Assembly (NCBI GenBank): GCA_030626475.1
Contig: DAOUOW010000004.1
Location: 1-49,968, forward strand
Length of the DNA: 49,968 nt
Reading direction: 5' to 3'
From: Chloroflexota bacterium
GTDB lineage: Bacteria > Chloroflexota > Dehalococcoidia > E44-bin15
Within the stretch, counting starts at the first letter, position 1; every line of letters begins with the position of its first letter. The notes beneath the pieces were generated by a model. The model saw only the letters and a list, made by a program, of their open reading frames with translations. It ran no database searches and was not told the DNA's origin. Positions 38,273 through 47,767 of this stretch are shown in pieces. A program made the translations under genes and the position numbers.

Positions 38273-38467
38273 TTACCCTTTTTCCCTCTCCGGCTTAACC
38301 TCCATCACTTGCCTTCCCCCATAGCTTCCGCATGTAGGACAAACGTGGTGCGCCAGTTTAGGGCTGTGGCATTGGGGGCAATAATCGATGGCAGGCAGAG
38401 ATAAAGCCATGTGACTACGCCTCTCTCCCTTGCGCGCCTTGGAGACCTTTCTCTTAGGTACTGCCAT
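38273..38467 (-). CDS. rpmF: 50S ribosomal protein L32
   Basis: MAVPKRKVSK, CPQC...HHVCPTCG. Confidence 0.97.
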   Translation of the reverse strand: MAVPKRKVSKARKGERRSHMALSLPAIDYCPQCHSPKLAHHVCPTCGSYGGRQVMEVKPEREKG

Positions 38468-38470
38468 CGC

Positions 38471-38995
38471 CTACCCGTCCTTTCCCTCACCGGTAACTAG
38501 CTTTTTCAGCGGAGCCAACCTGGGGTCAATAGGAGCAGCGCAACTACAGGGACCCAGATTGAGGTTGTGACCACAGGTGGGGCACAGCCCGGCGCAATCC
38601 TCACGGCAAAGGGGCTTCATCGGCAGGGCCAGCAGCGCATACTGCCTCACTGCCTCACCGAGGTCGAACTCTTGTTTGTCATTGATGATGAAAGCGCCCT
38701 CTTCCTCCGGCCAGGACAGGGGGGCCCCAGTTGAGGAGTCCACTGTAGGCAAAAGCTCTTCCTCTATCTTGAGGGTCAAGGGCTGGTGGAAGGTGCCAAG
38801 GCAGCGACTACACATCGCTTCGACCCTGGTGTTCAGGACGCCGGTAACCAAAATGCCCCGCTCGGTGCGGGTCAGACTGATCTCCCCCTGGAGAGGGAAA
38901 TCTGCCTCATCCTGGGAATTGCCACTGCGGCCAAAACTGTAGTGGCGCGTGGAACCTATTCGCTCCTTAAGCTGCTCACAAACGTCAATTACCAT
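38471..38995 (-). CDS. yceD: DUF177 / YceD family protein
   Basis: CSRCL, LPMKPLCREDCAGLCPTCG, DPRLAPL; upstream of rpmF. Confidence 0.92.
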   Translation of the reverse strand: MVIDVCEQLKERIGSTRHYSFGRSGNSQDEADFPLQGEISLTRTERGILVTGVLNTRVEAMCSRCLGTFHQPLTLKIEEELLPTVDSSTGAPLSWPEEEGAFIINDKQEFDLGEAVRQYALLALPMKPLCREDCAGLCPTCGHNLNLGPCSCAAPIDPRLAPLKKLVTGEGKDG

Positions 38996-39025
38996 CGCAT
39001 TTCCGTGGCGATGAATAGATTATTC

Positions 39026-39129
39026 ATTATAGGTACAGTTTTGCTTCCTGTCAAGACCAAGGCACCACCCTTCCTTTGCTCCCACGGGGAACAAATCCTA
39101 TTGCAAACCAACTGTAGATATGCTAACAT
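39026..39129. promoter_or_regulatory. Divergent promoters (yceD-rpmF-fab operon on minus; synthase gene on plus)
   Basis: Minus strand: TTGACA (39054-39049)-17-TATAAT. Plus strand: TTGCAA (39101)-17-TAACAT. Confidence 0.7.
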
Positions 39130-39174
39130 AATGCATTGCCCCATTGCAAGGCGGGGTCATGGGGGTGGTTAAAG

Positions 39175-40401
39175 ATGGCTAAGATCTATTTTATCGATGT
39201 CACCAATCGGGATGCAGTGCAAACCTCGCGAATCATAATGTCCAAGCTGCAAAAGACGATGGTCAATCTGTATCTCGCTGAGATGGGCATCCATCAATCG
39301 GAGTTCACCTTCCCCTACGTAAAACACGAGCGAAATTATATCCAGGCCAATTTGGAGCTCAAGGAGCTCGGGGCTATGGGAAATCTGGTCCTCGAGGGCT
39401 GGTGCCGTGCCATCGTTGGCGATGTGGCCGAGTCCCTTCCCACCGGGGTGCGGGACTTCAATATCTCCATCTCCACCTCGGACCAGATGATCACCCACAA
39501 GTTCATGGGCAAGCTAGATAGGGAAAAGGTGATCGGGGAGATGGTGGAGGCAGCAACCTATGCCAAAAAGGGAGGGGCTAACACCTTAGGGGTGAATGCC
39601 GAGGATGCCTCGCGTACCGACATGGGCTACCTCATCGCCTTCGCCCAGGCAGCCAAAGGAGCAGGTGCGGACCGAATAAGGTATTGCGACACCCTGGGCT
39701 ACGACACCCCGATGAGCATCTATGAGCGGGTAAAAACCCTGGCCGAAACGATTGGGCTCCCGGTAGAACTTCACTGCCATAATGACCTCAGTATGGCGGT
39801 GGCTAACTCCATCGCTGGTGCCAAGGGAGCCATCGATGGCGGCGTTGACGCCTATATCAATACTTCAGTAAACGGGATTGGCGAGCGAGCGGGGCAGGCA
39901 GACCTCCTGAGCTGCATCCTCGGCCTCGGTTTTGCTCGGGATATGGCCGCCTATGAGATCGCAGACCCCATCAACCTCAAGGTAGCCACCAAGCTGGCCA
40001 AGTATGTCTCCTATGCCTTTAGCATCCCGATCCCTATCAACCAGCCCGGGGTGGGGGCAAATGTCTTTGCCCACGAGGCCGGGATTCACGCCGATGGCGC
40101 CCTCAAGGACCGAAGAAATTACGAGCTCTTCGACTACGAGCTCCTGGAGCTGGACGAGGATGTGGAGCATGTTCCTCCGCGCCGGGTGATCACCACCGGT
40201 GAATTCGGTGGGCTTGCCGGGTTCAGGCATGTATATAGCACCCTGGGCATTACCTTTGCTGACAACACCGAGGCGCAACGCATTCTGGAGCTGGTGCAAG
40301 TGGCTAATGCCCACACCCAGAAGCCCCTTACTGATGATGAGCTGCGCTTCATCGCCAGGTATCCGGAGCAAGCAACGAAGATCTTTACCTTAACCCCCTG
40401 A
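39175..40401 (+). CDS. Homocitrate-synthase-family (DRE-TIM) enzyme, probably Dehalococcoides-type Re-citrate synthase
   Basis: IDVTNRDAVQT, VNAEDASRT, YCDTLGYD, HCHND, GIGERAG, IPINQPGVG, HEAGIHADG; resembles the Dehalococcoides enzyme as recalled. Confidence 0.75.
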   Translation: MAKIYFIDVTNRDAVQTSRIIMSKLQKTMVNLYLAEMGIHQSEFTFPYVKHERNYIQANLELKELGAMGNLVLEGWCRAIVGDVAESLPTGVRDFNISISTSDQMITHKFMGKLDREKVIGEMVEAATYAKKGGANTLGVNAEDASRTDMGYLIAFAQAAKGAGADRIRYCDTLGYDTPMSIYERVKTLAETIGLPVELHCHNDLSMAVANSIAGAKGAIDGGVDAYINTSVNGIGERAGQADLLSCILGLGFARDMAAYEIADPINLKVATKLAKYVSYAFSIPIPINQPGVGANVFAHEAGIHADGALKDRRNYELFDYELLELDEDVEHVPPRRVITTGEFGGLAGFRHVYSTLGITFADNTEAQRILELVQVANAHTQKPLTDDELRFIARYPEQATKIFTLTP

Positions 40402-40425
40402 AACCATAAAGAGATTGGTAGCAAA

Positions 40426-40451
40426 GGGAAGGCCGGGAAACCGGCCTTCTC
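40426..40451 (+). terminator. GC-rich hairpin with GAAA loop after the synthase gene (no clear U-tract)
   Basis: GGGAAGGCCGG-GAAA-CCGGCCTTCTC. Confidence 0.45.
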
Positions 40452-40473
40452 CATCTCACGCAGAATAAGGAAG

Positions 40474-40941
40474 TTGGCTGTGGAGAAATCAATGCCAGAG
40501 CTAGTTTTGAAACCCATCGGGATAGTGAGAAATGAGGTTAAGGAGCCTGTAAGGCGAGATTGGCAGGAGGTGGTCTCGGAAATCATGATTGACGAGGGCC
40601 TGGAGGAGTGCCTGGAAGGGCTGGAGGAATTCTCCCACATCATAGTAGTCTACTGGATGCACCGAGCCCCCTCCTGGGGGCAGCCCCCACCTAAGATCCA
40701 CCCCATGGGGAGAGCAGACTTGCCCCTGGTGGGGCTATTCGCCACCTGCACCCCCCATCGGCCTAACCCCCTGGGGGTGACTGTGGCCAGGCTTCTGGAG
40801 CGCAGGGGGAACGTACTTAAGGTTGAGGGGCTGGATGCCATCGATGGCACCCCGGTGATCGACATCAAGCCCTATTTTCCTCCTCGCGCTGTCTCGCCCG
40901 ATAATCTCCAGATGCCAGACTGGGGAAAAAGACCGAGGTGA
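40474..40941 (+). CDS. trmO: tRNA (t6A37)-N6-methyltransferase TrmO/TsaA family
   Basis: KPIG, GLEEFSHI, GLFATCTPHRPNPLG, GLDAIDGTPVIDIKPY. Confidence 0.88.
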   Translation: MAVEKSMPELVLKPIGIVRNEVKEPVRRDWQEVVSEIMIDEGLEECLEGLEEFSHIIVVYWMHRAPSWGQPPPKIHPMGRADLPLVGLFATCTPHRPNPLGVTVARLLERRGNVLKVEGLDAIDGTPVIDIKPYFPPRAVSPDNLQMPDWGKRPR

Positions 40942-41591
40942 GCGCAATCGGCGACGCCCTGCTCGAAATTTACCACCGCCTCCTTTCCCACTACGGGCCC
41001 CAACACTGGTGGCCTGCCGAGGACCCCTTCGAGGTAATCCTAGGCGCAATCCTTACCCAGGCGACGGCATGGACCAATGTGGAACAGGCCCTTTCCAATC
41101 TCAAGGCAGAAACAGCGCTCACGCCGGCGGCGCTTCGCGACCTCCCACGCGATAGGCTCGCTGCCCTGATTCGCCCCTGTGGCTACTACAATGCCAAGGC
41201 AGTGAAGGTCAAGGCCTTCGTAGAGCGACTGGGGGCGCGCTACGGCGATGACCTGGGCCAGCTTTTTGCCCTGGAAATTGTTGACCTGCGCCGCGAACTG
41301 CTCTCCATTCACGGTGTGGGGGAAGAGACTGCGGATTCCATAATCCTTTACGCCGCCAAGAAGCCTGTCTTCGTCATCGATGCTTACACCAGGCGCATCA
41401 TTCGCCGCCTCGGTCTCGCCCCCGAGGGCGATAGCTACGGCGCTTTCCAGGCCCTGTTCACAAAAAAACTCCCCCCAGAGGAAAAGCTCTATAATGAATA
41501 TCACGCCCTCCTCGTCCGCCACGGTAAGGAGGTCTGCCGCAAGGCGCCCCGGTGCCAAAACTGCTGCCTGAGGCCCCTTTGTCCCTATTAA
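40938..41591 (+). CDS. Endonuclease III-related HhH-GPD protein
   Basis: GPQHWWP, GAILTQ, HGVGEETADSI, FVIDAYTRR, C-terminal Fe-S cysteines. Confidence 0.9.
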   Translation: MSAIGDALLEIYHRLLSHYGPQHWWPAEDPFEVILGAILTQATAWTNVEQALSNLKAETALTPAALRDLPRDRLAALIRPCGYYNAKAVKVKAFVERLGARYGDDLGQLFALEIVDLRRELLSIHGVGEETADSIILYAAKKPVFVIDAYTRRIIRRLGLAPEGDSYGAFQALFTKKLPPEEKLYNEYHALLVRHGKEVCRKAPRCQNCCLRPLCPY

Positions 41592-41594
41592 AAG

Positions 41595-42770
41595 CTACCC
41601 TATGGCGCCCTCTTTCTTCAGCTCCTCGATGCTCTCCTTGCTATATCCCAGCTCAAGCAGGACCTCCTCGGTATGCTGACCCAGCATGGGACCAAAGCTC
41701 CTGATTGAGCCCGGGGTCTGAGAAAGCTTTATCGAGATGCCGGGTTGCCTTACTTTGCCAAATTTGGGGTGATCCAGTTCCAGGATCATCTTGCGATGAA
41801 CAAGCTGAGGGTCTGTGGCAAGCTCGTCAAACTCATAGACCTTGCCCACGCATATATCCCACTGGCTCAGGTAATCGAACCACTCATCCCTGGTTCTGGT
41901 GCGGAAAATTTCCCTAAATTCGGAGAATATCTCCTCCCTCTTTTCACCGCTAGCCCCTTGATGAGGAATAAGGTCCTCCCTGCCCAGGGCTCGGCACAGG
42001 TTCTCATAGAACCACGGCTCCAGGCAGCCGATGCTGAGATATTTCCCATCCTTAGTTTCATAGACGCTGTAAAACGGCACCCCCCCGGTGAGAAGCTCGT
42101 TTCCCCTCTGCGGCACCACACCACTCCCAAAGTAACCGCTTAGAGCGAAGGACAGGAGTGAGACTACCCCATCAGCCATACCTATGTCCGCATATTGCCC
42201 TTTGCCTGTCTTTTCCCTGGCCATGAGAGCGGCAAGGATGGCAATGGTGGCGTTCATGCCCCCGGCGGCGAAGTCAGCGAGCAAATTGCTCGGTATTGCG
42301 GGAGCACCGCCGGGAATGCCAATGATGCCCAGGGCACCACCGATGGATATGTAGTTTATGTCATGTCCCACCATGTTGTGATAAGGCCCATCCTGCCCGT
42401 AGCCGCTGAGGGAACAGTAAATGAGCCTGGGGTTTATTTCCTTGATGGTGTCGTAGTCCACCCCCAGGCGTTTCACCACCCCCGGTCTAAAGCCCTCGAC
42501 AATCACGTCTGCCCTTTCGGCGAGCTGATAGAAGATTTTGCGCGCCGGCTCAGCCTTCAGATTGAGGACGATGCTCCTCTTATTGCGCTCCACAGCATTA
42601 TGGACGATGGCTCTTTCCTCAGCGGACACCACCACCGCCAGGCGGCCTTCTCGCGGCCCCTCAACCTTGAGGATGTCGGCTCCCAGGTCGCCCAGGATCA
42701 TAGTGCAAAACGGTCCCGGAGCCAACCGGGATAAGTCCAAAACCTTTATTCCCTCCAGTGGCGTGGTCAT
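41595..42770 (-). CDS. CaiB/BaiF family III CoA-transferase
   Basis: PLEGIKVLDLS..APGP, RNKRS, EGFRPGV, SGYGQDGP, GHDINY. Confidence 0.93.
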   Translation of the reverse strand: MTTPLEGIKVLDLSRLAPGPFCTMILGDLGADILKVEGPREGRLAVVVSAEERAIVHNAVERNKRSIVLNLKAEPARKIFYQLAERADVIVEGFRPGVVKRLGVDYDTIKEINPRLIYCSLSGYGQDGPYHNMVGHDINYISIGGALGIIGIPGGAPAIPSNLLADFAAGGMNATIAILAALMAREKTGKGQYADIGMADGVVSLLSFALSGYFGSGVVPQRGNELLTGGVPFYSVYETKDGKYLSIGCLEPWFYENLCRALGREDLIPHQGASGEKREEIFSEFREIFRTRTRDEWFDYLSQWDICVGKVYEFDELATDPQLVHRKMILELDHPKFGKVRQPGISIKLSQTPGSIRSFGPMLGQHTEEVLLELGYSKESIEELKKEGAIG

Positions 42771-42839
42771 AGCTTTTCCTCCTAGCAAAGATTTTTGGCA
42801 CGGATAATAGTACAATATCCTCCATTGTGGAGTAAAACC

Positions 42840-43889
42840 CTACTGACCATCCCTCATTACCACCTTTCTTCTCTTAGCCTGCAAAAAATGCCACAAGGTG
42901 AAAATGAGCAGCCCAACAGCGATGATGCTCAAGAAGGAGATGGTGCGGTCGACGAAAGCAATCGACCAAGCATCATTTCGGGCAACGGAGATGGTCAACA
43001 GCCCGGCGATCCCGGCCTCCACCACGCCCAGCCCCCCAGGGGTGAACGGTATGGCGACGAGCAAGGCATTGGCGAGGGCGACAAAGAGGATGAGGGAAAG
43101 CCCGATAGAAAAGCCCAGGGCCTCAGTAACCAAGAGCAGGCGACCTGCCTCCAGCAGCCAGATCCCGACGCTCAGGGAAACAAGGATTGGGAGCCGGTCA
43201 AAGCTGCCCAGGGTCCCCTCACGGAAAAGGATGAATGCCCGTCTTATCCTCGTCGGTAAGCGTCGCTCCACCACGCTGCCAAAATGCCCCATGACCCCGA
43301 GGAGGATGGCGATAGCAACAAGCATGGCGACTCCAGCACCCAAAACAACTGTTACCACGACCATGCCCTTGCCCCCCACGAGGCCAAACACAGCCACCCC
43401 GAGGAGAAGAAATATGATGACGACATCCAAAACTCGCTCGGCAAGGACGGTGCCAATAGTCTTAGAGAAGCTGACATCAGCATTCTCCTTGAGAAGGTAA
43501 CCGCGGTAGGCATCGCCCAACCTGGCATAGAGGATGCAGTTGGCAAACCAATTGATGAGCAAGATCTGGGTCAGACCGCCAAGGGAGGGTAAGTTCACCC
43601 CCTGTTCCTTGCGAAAGCCCACGTTGTGCAGCAGCACTCGCCACCGCCAAGCGCGCAACGGGAAGGTAATATAATAGCAGATAAAGGCCAAAGCATAGTA
43701 CAGCGGATTGCAGCCTGTGATCATGCCCCAGACAGAACTGAAGTCTATATCCAGCCTTTCAACAGCGACTACGAGAAGGGCAATGGCAACGACGAAGGAG
43801 AGCAGGGTCCGAATATTGAGGAACCGCCTCCTAAGGGAGATCTTCTCTCCTTCCACAGGGGCGACATCTTTGTTGGAGTTATCAGCCAC
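42840..43889 (-). CDS. Lysylphosphatidylglycerol synthase TM / flippase-like membrane protein (UPF0104)
   Basis: LRAWRWRVLL, ARLGDAYR, ERVLD, TPGGLGVVEA. Confidence 0.85.
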   Translation of the reverse strand: MADNSNKDVAPVEGEKISLRRRFLNIRTLLSFVVAIALLVVAVERLDIDFSSVWGMITGCNPLYYALAFICYYITFPLRAWRWRVLLHNVGFRKEQGVNLPSLGGLTQILLINWFANCILYARLGDAYRGYLLKENADVSFSKTIGTVLAERVLDVVIIFLLLGVAVFGLVGGKGMVVVTVVLGAGVAMLVAIAILLGVMGHFGSVVERRLPTRIRRAFILFREGTLGSFDRLPILVSLSVGIWLLEAGRLLLVTEALGFSIGLSLILFVALANALLVAIPFTPGGLGVVEAGIAGLLTISVARNDAWSIAFVDRTISFLSIIAVGLLIFTLWHFLQAKRRKVVMRDGQ

Positions 43890-43907
43890 AGAACTTCCTT
43901 TGTCTCA

Positions 43908-44624
43908 TTAGCCCTTTAATGGACGCTTAGTTGGGATCCCAACACGCCGCGGGTAGCCATTGGGAGTGGCGCTGAGCTTATCAATGATAACCAGGGCGCG
44001 TTCCTCCCCCAGCTCCTCCAGCGTGAACCTCATCACCTCCCTCAGCCTGCCCCCCATAACAGTGATAGCCGTTGTCGCTTGCTCTACCTCGGCCTCGATT
44101 TCACCCTTCTTCTGGGCGATAAATGAGCCCCCCAGGGCGCAGAAGGGCATCGCCAGCTCGACGAGGGTTGGTAGTCGCGCCACCGCCCTTGAGAGGACGA
44201 GAGCAAATTGCTCTCGATAGTTCCCCTCTCGAGCCAGGTCCTCAGCCCTGGCGGTCAAAACCTCAACCCGCTCAAGTCCAAGCCTGGCCACCAGATGACT
44301 CAAAAAGCCCGTCTTTTTCCCCATAGAGTCAAGCAAAACCAAATGAATGCTGGGGAAAAGGATCTTCAGGGGAACGCCAGGGAGGCCGGCGCCGGCACCC
44401 AGATCAAGGAGGCGCAAAGGGCGAGACATATCCTTCACCGCAAGGACTATGGTAAGGGAATCGAGGAAGTGCTTCACCTGCACCTCCTCATAATCGACAA
44501 TGGCGGTAAGGTTCACTCTCCTATTCCAAAGCATAAGCTCTTGATAATAGGTCTCAAACTGCTCCACCTGCTCGGAGGCGAGGTAAAGCCCTAAACTTTT
44601 AGCACCAGCGATAAGCCTCTCCAT
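43908..44624 (-). CDS. rsmG: 16S rRNA m7G527 methyltransferase
   Basis: WNRRVNLTAI, KHFLDSL, DLGAGAGLPG, SRAVA, YPRRVG.P. Confidence 0.96.
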   Translation of the reverse strand: MERLIAGAKSLGLYLASEQVEQFETYYQELMLWNRRVNLTAIVDYEEVQVKHFLDSLTIVLAVKDMSRPLRLLDLGAGAGLPGVPLKILFPSIHLVLLDSMGKKTGFLSHLVARLGLERVEVLTARAEDLAREGNYREQFALVLSRAVARLPTLVELAMPFCALGGSFIAQKKGEIEAEVEQATTAITVMGGRLREVMRFTLEELGEERALVIIDKLSATPNGYPRRVGIPTKRPLKG

Positions 44625-44733
44625 GCCAATGTCAACGGACTCCCCGGAGTCGCTACCGTTGTTGAATTATAGCACTACACCTAACCCACGCCAAGGCGTC
44701 AAATAAGGCTCGATTCTGGCAAGTGTTTCGTGG

Positions 44734-44762
44734 TTGACTTTGCTCGCCAAAGAAAATAAAAT
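44734..44762 (+). promoter_or_regulatory. Sigma70-type promoter for the Lrp/AsnC-domain gene
   Basis: TTGACT-17-TAAAAT. Confidence 0.6.
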
Positions 44763-44809
44763 ACGGTCGCCGCCAAGATAAAGCAGGAAAGAGCAAAGGA
44801 GGTGAGCTG

Positions 44810-45049
44810 ATGACAGCGAAGGCTTTCGTGCTCATTGAGGTCGCGGTAGGCAAGACCAAGGATGTGGTCGCTACGCTGCAGAAGGTGGAGGGGGTAAAGT
44901 CGGTGGAAGCGGTGACCGGCCCCTATGACATTATCGCCGTGGTGGAAATGCCAGACGTGAATGCCATTGGCGACTTGGTGACAAGAAACATTCATTCAGT
45001 TGGCGGCATCGCCAGAACAGTAACCTGCCTTACGGTGCAGCTCACCTAG
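44810..45049 (+). CDS. Stand-alone Lrp/AsnC ligand-binding domain protein
   Basis: AFVLIEV..GK, VTGPYDIIA, GIARTVT; AAGGAGGTG RBS. Confidence 0.9.
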   Translation: MTAKAFVLIEVAVGKTKDVVATLQKVEGVKSVEAVTGPYDIIAVVEMPDVNAIGDLVTRNIHSVGGIARTVTCLTVQLT

Positions 45050-45125
45050 GCCGAGGACTTGTTATCAATAGCGGTAAAAACCTTGGTTTCATACCACCAA
45101 TCGAGGGCTGAGTTTTTTGTCATTA

Positions 45126-45153
45126 TTGACTCACCCCGTAAATTGGATATAAT
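45126..45153 (+). promoter_or_regulatory. Sigma70-type promoter of the acyl-CoA dehydrogenase operon
   Basis: TTGACT-16-TATAAT. Confidence 0.65.
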
Positions 45154-45169
45154 GGGTGCGCTGTAGCGG

Positions 45170-45192
45170 AGCCTCGCTCCTCAGGGTGGGGA
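45170..45192 (+). mobile_element. Degenerate IS200/IS605-like end hairpin
   Basis: AGCCTCGCTCCTCAGGGTGGGGA resembles the GCC(T/C)CGCCCTT(C/T)AGGGCGGGG subterminal hairpin. Confidence 0.4.
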
Positions 45193-45235
45193 TATAAATG
45201 GAGCAATAGCTTGAAGCTCTTTATTCCCATCAGGA

Positions 45236-45277
45236 AACATTACAGCCTGGACAGGTTTAGGACTGCCCAAAACATAA
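45236..45277 (+). pseudogene. 3'-end scar of a deleted acyl-CoA dehydrogenase paralog
   Basis: Reads NITAWTGLGLPKT* versus NLVAWTGLELPRA* at the end of 45294-46517; GCCTGGACAGGTTTAG identical at 45245-45260 and 46485-46500. Confidence 0.7.
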
Positions 45278-45293
45278 AAAGGAGATAGACAGG

Positions 45294-46517
45294 ATGGACT
45301 TTGAACCAATTGCAGGAACAGAGGAGCTGAAAAAGGAGTTTGAGGACTTCTTCAGGGAGGTGATGAAGGACGCCCCACCGGGATGGGAAAACTCACCCGA
45401 GGACCTCGAGACTGAGGAAGGCTGGGCCTTCCACAAAAAGGTGCAACGTGAGATGGGGAAAAGGGGATGGTTGGCCTTAGCCTGGCCCAAGAAGTATGGG
45501 GGGCTGGGAAAATCCATCTTCGAGCAGCTTACTTACAATGAGGTGAGGGCTTACTACCGAGCACCCGGGTGGGACCTCCAGGGGGTGGGAATGCTTGCCC
45601 CCACCCTGCTTGCCATGGGGACTGAGGAACAAAGAGAGGAGTTCCTCCCGCCTATCGCCAGGGGGGAAGTAATCTGGGCCCAGCTTTGGTCTGAGCCAGA
45701 GGCCGGCTCCGACCTAGCCAATCTCCAAACGATGGCGGTCAGGGACGGGGATGACTACATACTCAACGGACAGAAGGTCTGGACCACCGGTGCTCACCGT
45801 GCTGACTGGGCCTTTGCTTTGGTGAGGACAAGCAAGGAGCTAACCAGAAGCCGAGGGCTTACCTACCTCCTTTTTGACCTCAAGAGCCCTGGGGTCGATG
45901 TTCGCCCCCTGCCAACGATGTCTAGCCATTCCCGACAGGTGGAGTCGCATTTCAACGAGGTCTTCCTAGATGATGTGCGAGTGCCATTGAAGAACAGGGT
46001 CGGGGAGGAAAACCAGGGCTGGGCTATTACCCGAGCTACGATGAACTTCGAGAGGTCCGGGCTTGCGGGGTTTGGGGCGCTGAGGCACTCCTTAGACGAG
46101 CTGATAGAGTTTTGCAAGGAGACCAAATGGAGGGGCAAGCCCTTGTCTGAAGACCCTCTGGTTCGATACCGCCTGGCTGAAATTGCCGTGTGTATCGAGG
46201 CAGGGCACGCTACAGGCCGGCATCTCCTCTGGGGACAGCACAAGGTAGAAATGGGAGGAGCGCCAGGTATGGGGATGGTTCCCCGGGCTTCTTCGATGAA
46301 GTACTTTGCAAGTGAACTAAGTCAGCGCTTCGCCTATGTCGGAAGCCAGATTATGGGGCTCTATGGTCAGTTGAAGTCGCAGTCAAAATGGGCACCCATG
46401 TCGGGGAGGTTTGAGAGGGCATATCAGGCTGCCCCCGGTGGCAATATGGCTGGCGGCACTACCGAGATCCAGAAAAACCTCGTCGCCTGGACAGGTTTAG
46501 AATTGCCCAGGGCGTAA
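45294..46517 (+). CDS. Acyl-CoA dehydrogenase, catalytic-type subunit of a heteromeric ACAD
   Basis: WSEPEAGSDLA, NGQKVWT, FNEVFLDDV, MNFER, AGGTTEIQKN. Confidence 0.92.
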   Translation: MDFEPIAGTEELKKEFEDFFREVMKDAPPGWENSPEDLETEEGWAFHKKVQREMGKRGWLALAWPKKYGGLGKSIFEQLTYNEVRAYYRAPGWDLQGVGMLAPTLLAMGTEEQREEFLPPIARGEVIWAQLWSEPEAGSDLANLQTMAVRDGDDYILNGQKVWTTGAHRADWAFALVRTSKELTRSRGLTYLLFDLKSPGVDVRPLPTMSSHSRQVESHFNEVFLDDVRVPLKNRVGEENQGWAITRATMNFERSGLAGFGALRHSLDELIEFCKETKWRGKPLSEDPLVRYRLAEIAVCIEAGHATGRHLLWGQHKVEMGGAPGMGMVPRASSMKYFASELSQRFAYVGSQIMGLYGQLKSQSKWAPMSGRFERAYQAAPGGNMAGGTTEIQKNLVAWTGLELPRA

Positions 46518-46547
46518 CAAAGAATTTGGCTAGAGGAGAAAGGGAAA

Positions 46548-47678
46548 ATGAACCTCGATTTCACCGAAGAGCAAGAAATGTTAAGAACAATGGCTCGGGA
46601 CTTCCTGCAAACGGAGTGCCCCAAGACCTTGATCAGGGAGCTGGAGGAAAGTGACCTGGGTTACTCTCCGGAGTTGTGGAAAAAGATAGCAGAGCTGGGG
46701 TGGCAAGGGTTGGCCTTCCCCGAGGAATATGGTGGCACTGAGATGACCTTCTTTGAGCTGGCGCTCCTTGTCGAGGAAATGGGGCGTAATATCCTTCCTG
46801 GACCCTTCATTTCCACACAAGTGTGTGGACTGACCATTCTGAAAACAGGGACAGAGGAGCAGAAAAAGGAATTCCTCCCCAAAGTAGCTGCGGGGGAGAT
46901 GATCCTCACTCTGGCTTTGACCGAACCCAGTGCGAGCTGGAAGCCTGAGCATATCTCCGTTGGAGCTGTCGCCAGCAATGAGGAGTATGTGATCAACGGA
47001 ACCAAGCTCTTTGTGCCTGATGCCCATGTTGCTGATTACCTCCTGGTTGTCGCCAGAACCAAGGATGGCTCCTCTCCCGAGGAGGGGATTACCGTTTTCT
47101 TGGTGGATGCCAAGAGTCCTGGTATCCAGTGCGAGCCCCAGCTTACCATGGGTCTAGATAATAAAGCCGAGGTGGTGTTTAAGGATGTAAAGGTGCCCAA
47201 GAAGAACATCCTGGGGGAGCTGGACCAGGGCTGGAAAGTGGTACAGGTCGCCATGACCAAAGGGACGGCGTTGAAAATTGCTGAGATGAGCGGCGGGTGC
47301 CAGGCGAGCTTAGAGATGGCCAATACCTATGTCAAGGAGAGAGTACAATATGGACGACCTATCGGCCTCTTTCAGGTTATCCAGCACTACCTGGCAGATG
47401 CATGGGGGAAGACGGATAGGACCACCAATATCGCCTGGGAAATCTGCTGGAAGGTAGACGCAGGCGTGGCTACTCCCTTCGAGGTAGCGACAGCCAAGGC
47501 GTGGACAAACGAAGCCTATAAGTGGGTTACAGAGAAGTGTGTCCAGTGTCACGGGGCTATCGGCACCACCAGAGACCATGATATGGGGCTATACTATCGT
47601 CGCGCCAAGGTGGGAGAGCTAGACTATGGGGATACCGATTTCCAGATGGAGATCGTTGCTCAAGAACTAGGCCTGTAA
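46548..47678 (+). CDS. Acyl-CoA dehydrogenase, partner-type subunit
   Basis: MNLDFTEEQ, ALTEP, NGTKLFV, RVQYGRPIG.FQ, QCHGAIG, LYYRRAK; no GGT(T/S)E tail. Confidence 0.9.
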   Translation: MNLDFTEEQEMLRTMARDFLQTECPKTLIRELEESDLGYSPELWKKIAELGWQGLAFPEEYGGTEMTFFELALLVEEMGRNILPGPFISTQVCGLTILKTGTEEQKKEFLPKVAAGEMILTLALTEPSASWKPEHISVGAVASNEEYVINGTKLFVPDAHVADYLLVVARTKDGSSPEEGITVFLVDAKSPGIQCEPQLTMGLDNKAEVVFKDVKVPKKNILGELDQGWKVVQVAMTKGTALKIAEMSGGCQASLEMANTYVKERVQYGRPIGLFQVIQHYLADAWGKTDRTTNIAWEICWKVDAGVATPFEVATAKAWTNEAYKWVTEKCVQCHGAIGTTRDHDMGLYYRRAKVGELDYGDTDFQMEIVAQELGL

Positions 47679-47767
47679 ACCGATGCAACCTGACCAAGAC
47701 GAGGGATAAGAAAGCCAACAGCCTTTCATCAAACACAGCAATTGGGTCGAAAAAGAAAGGAGGAGAT

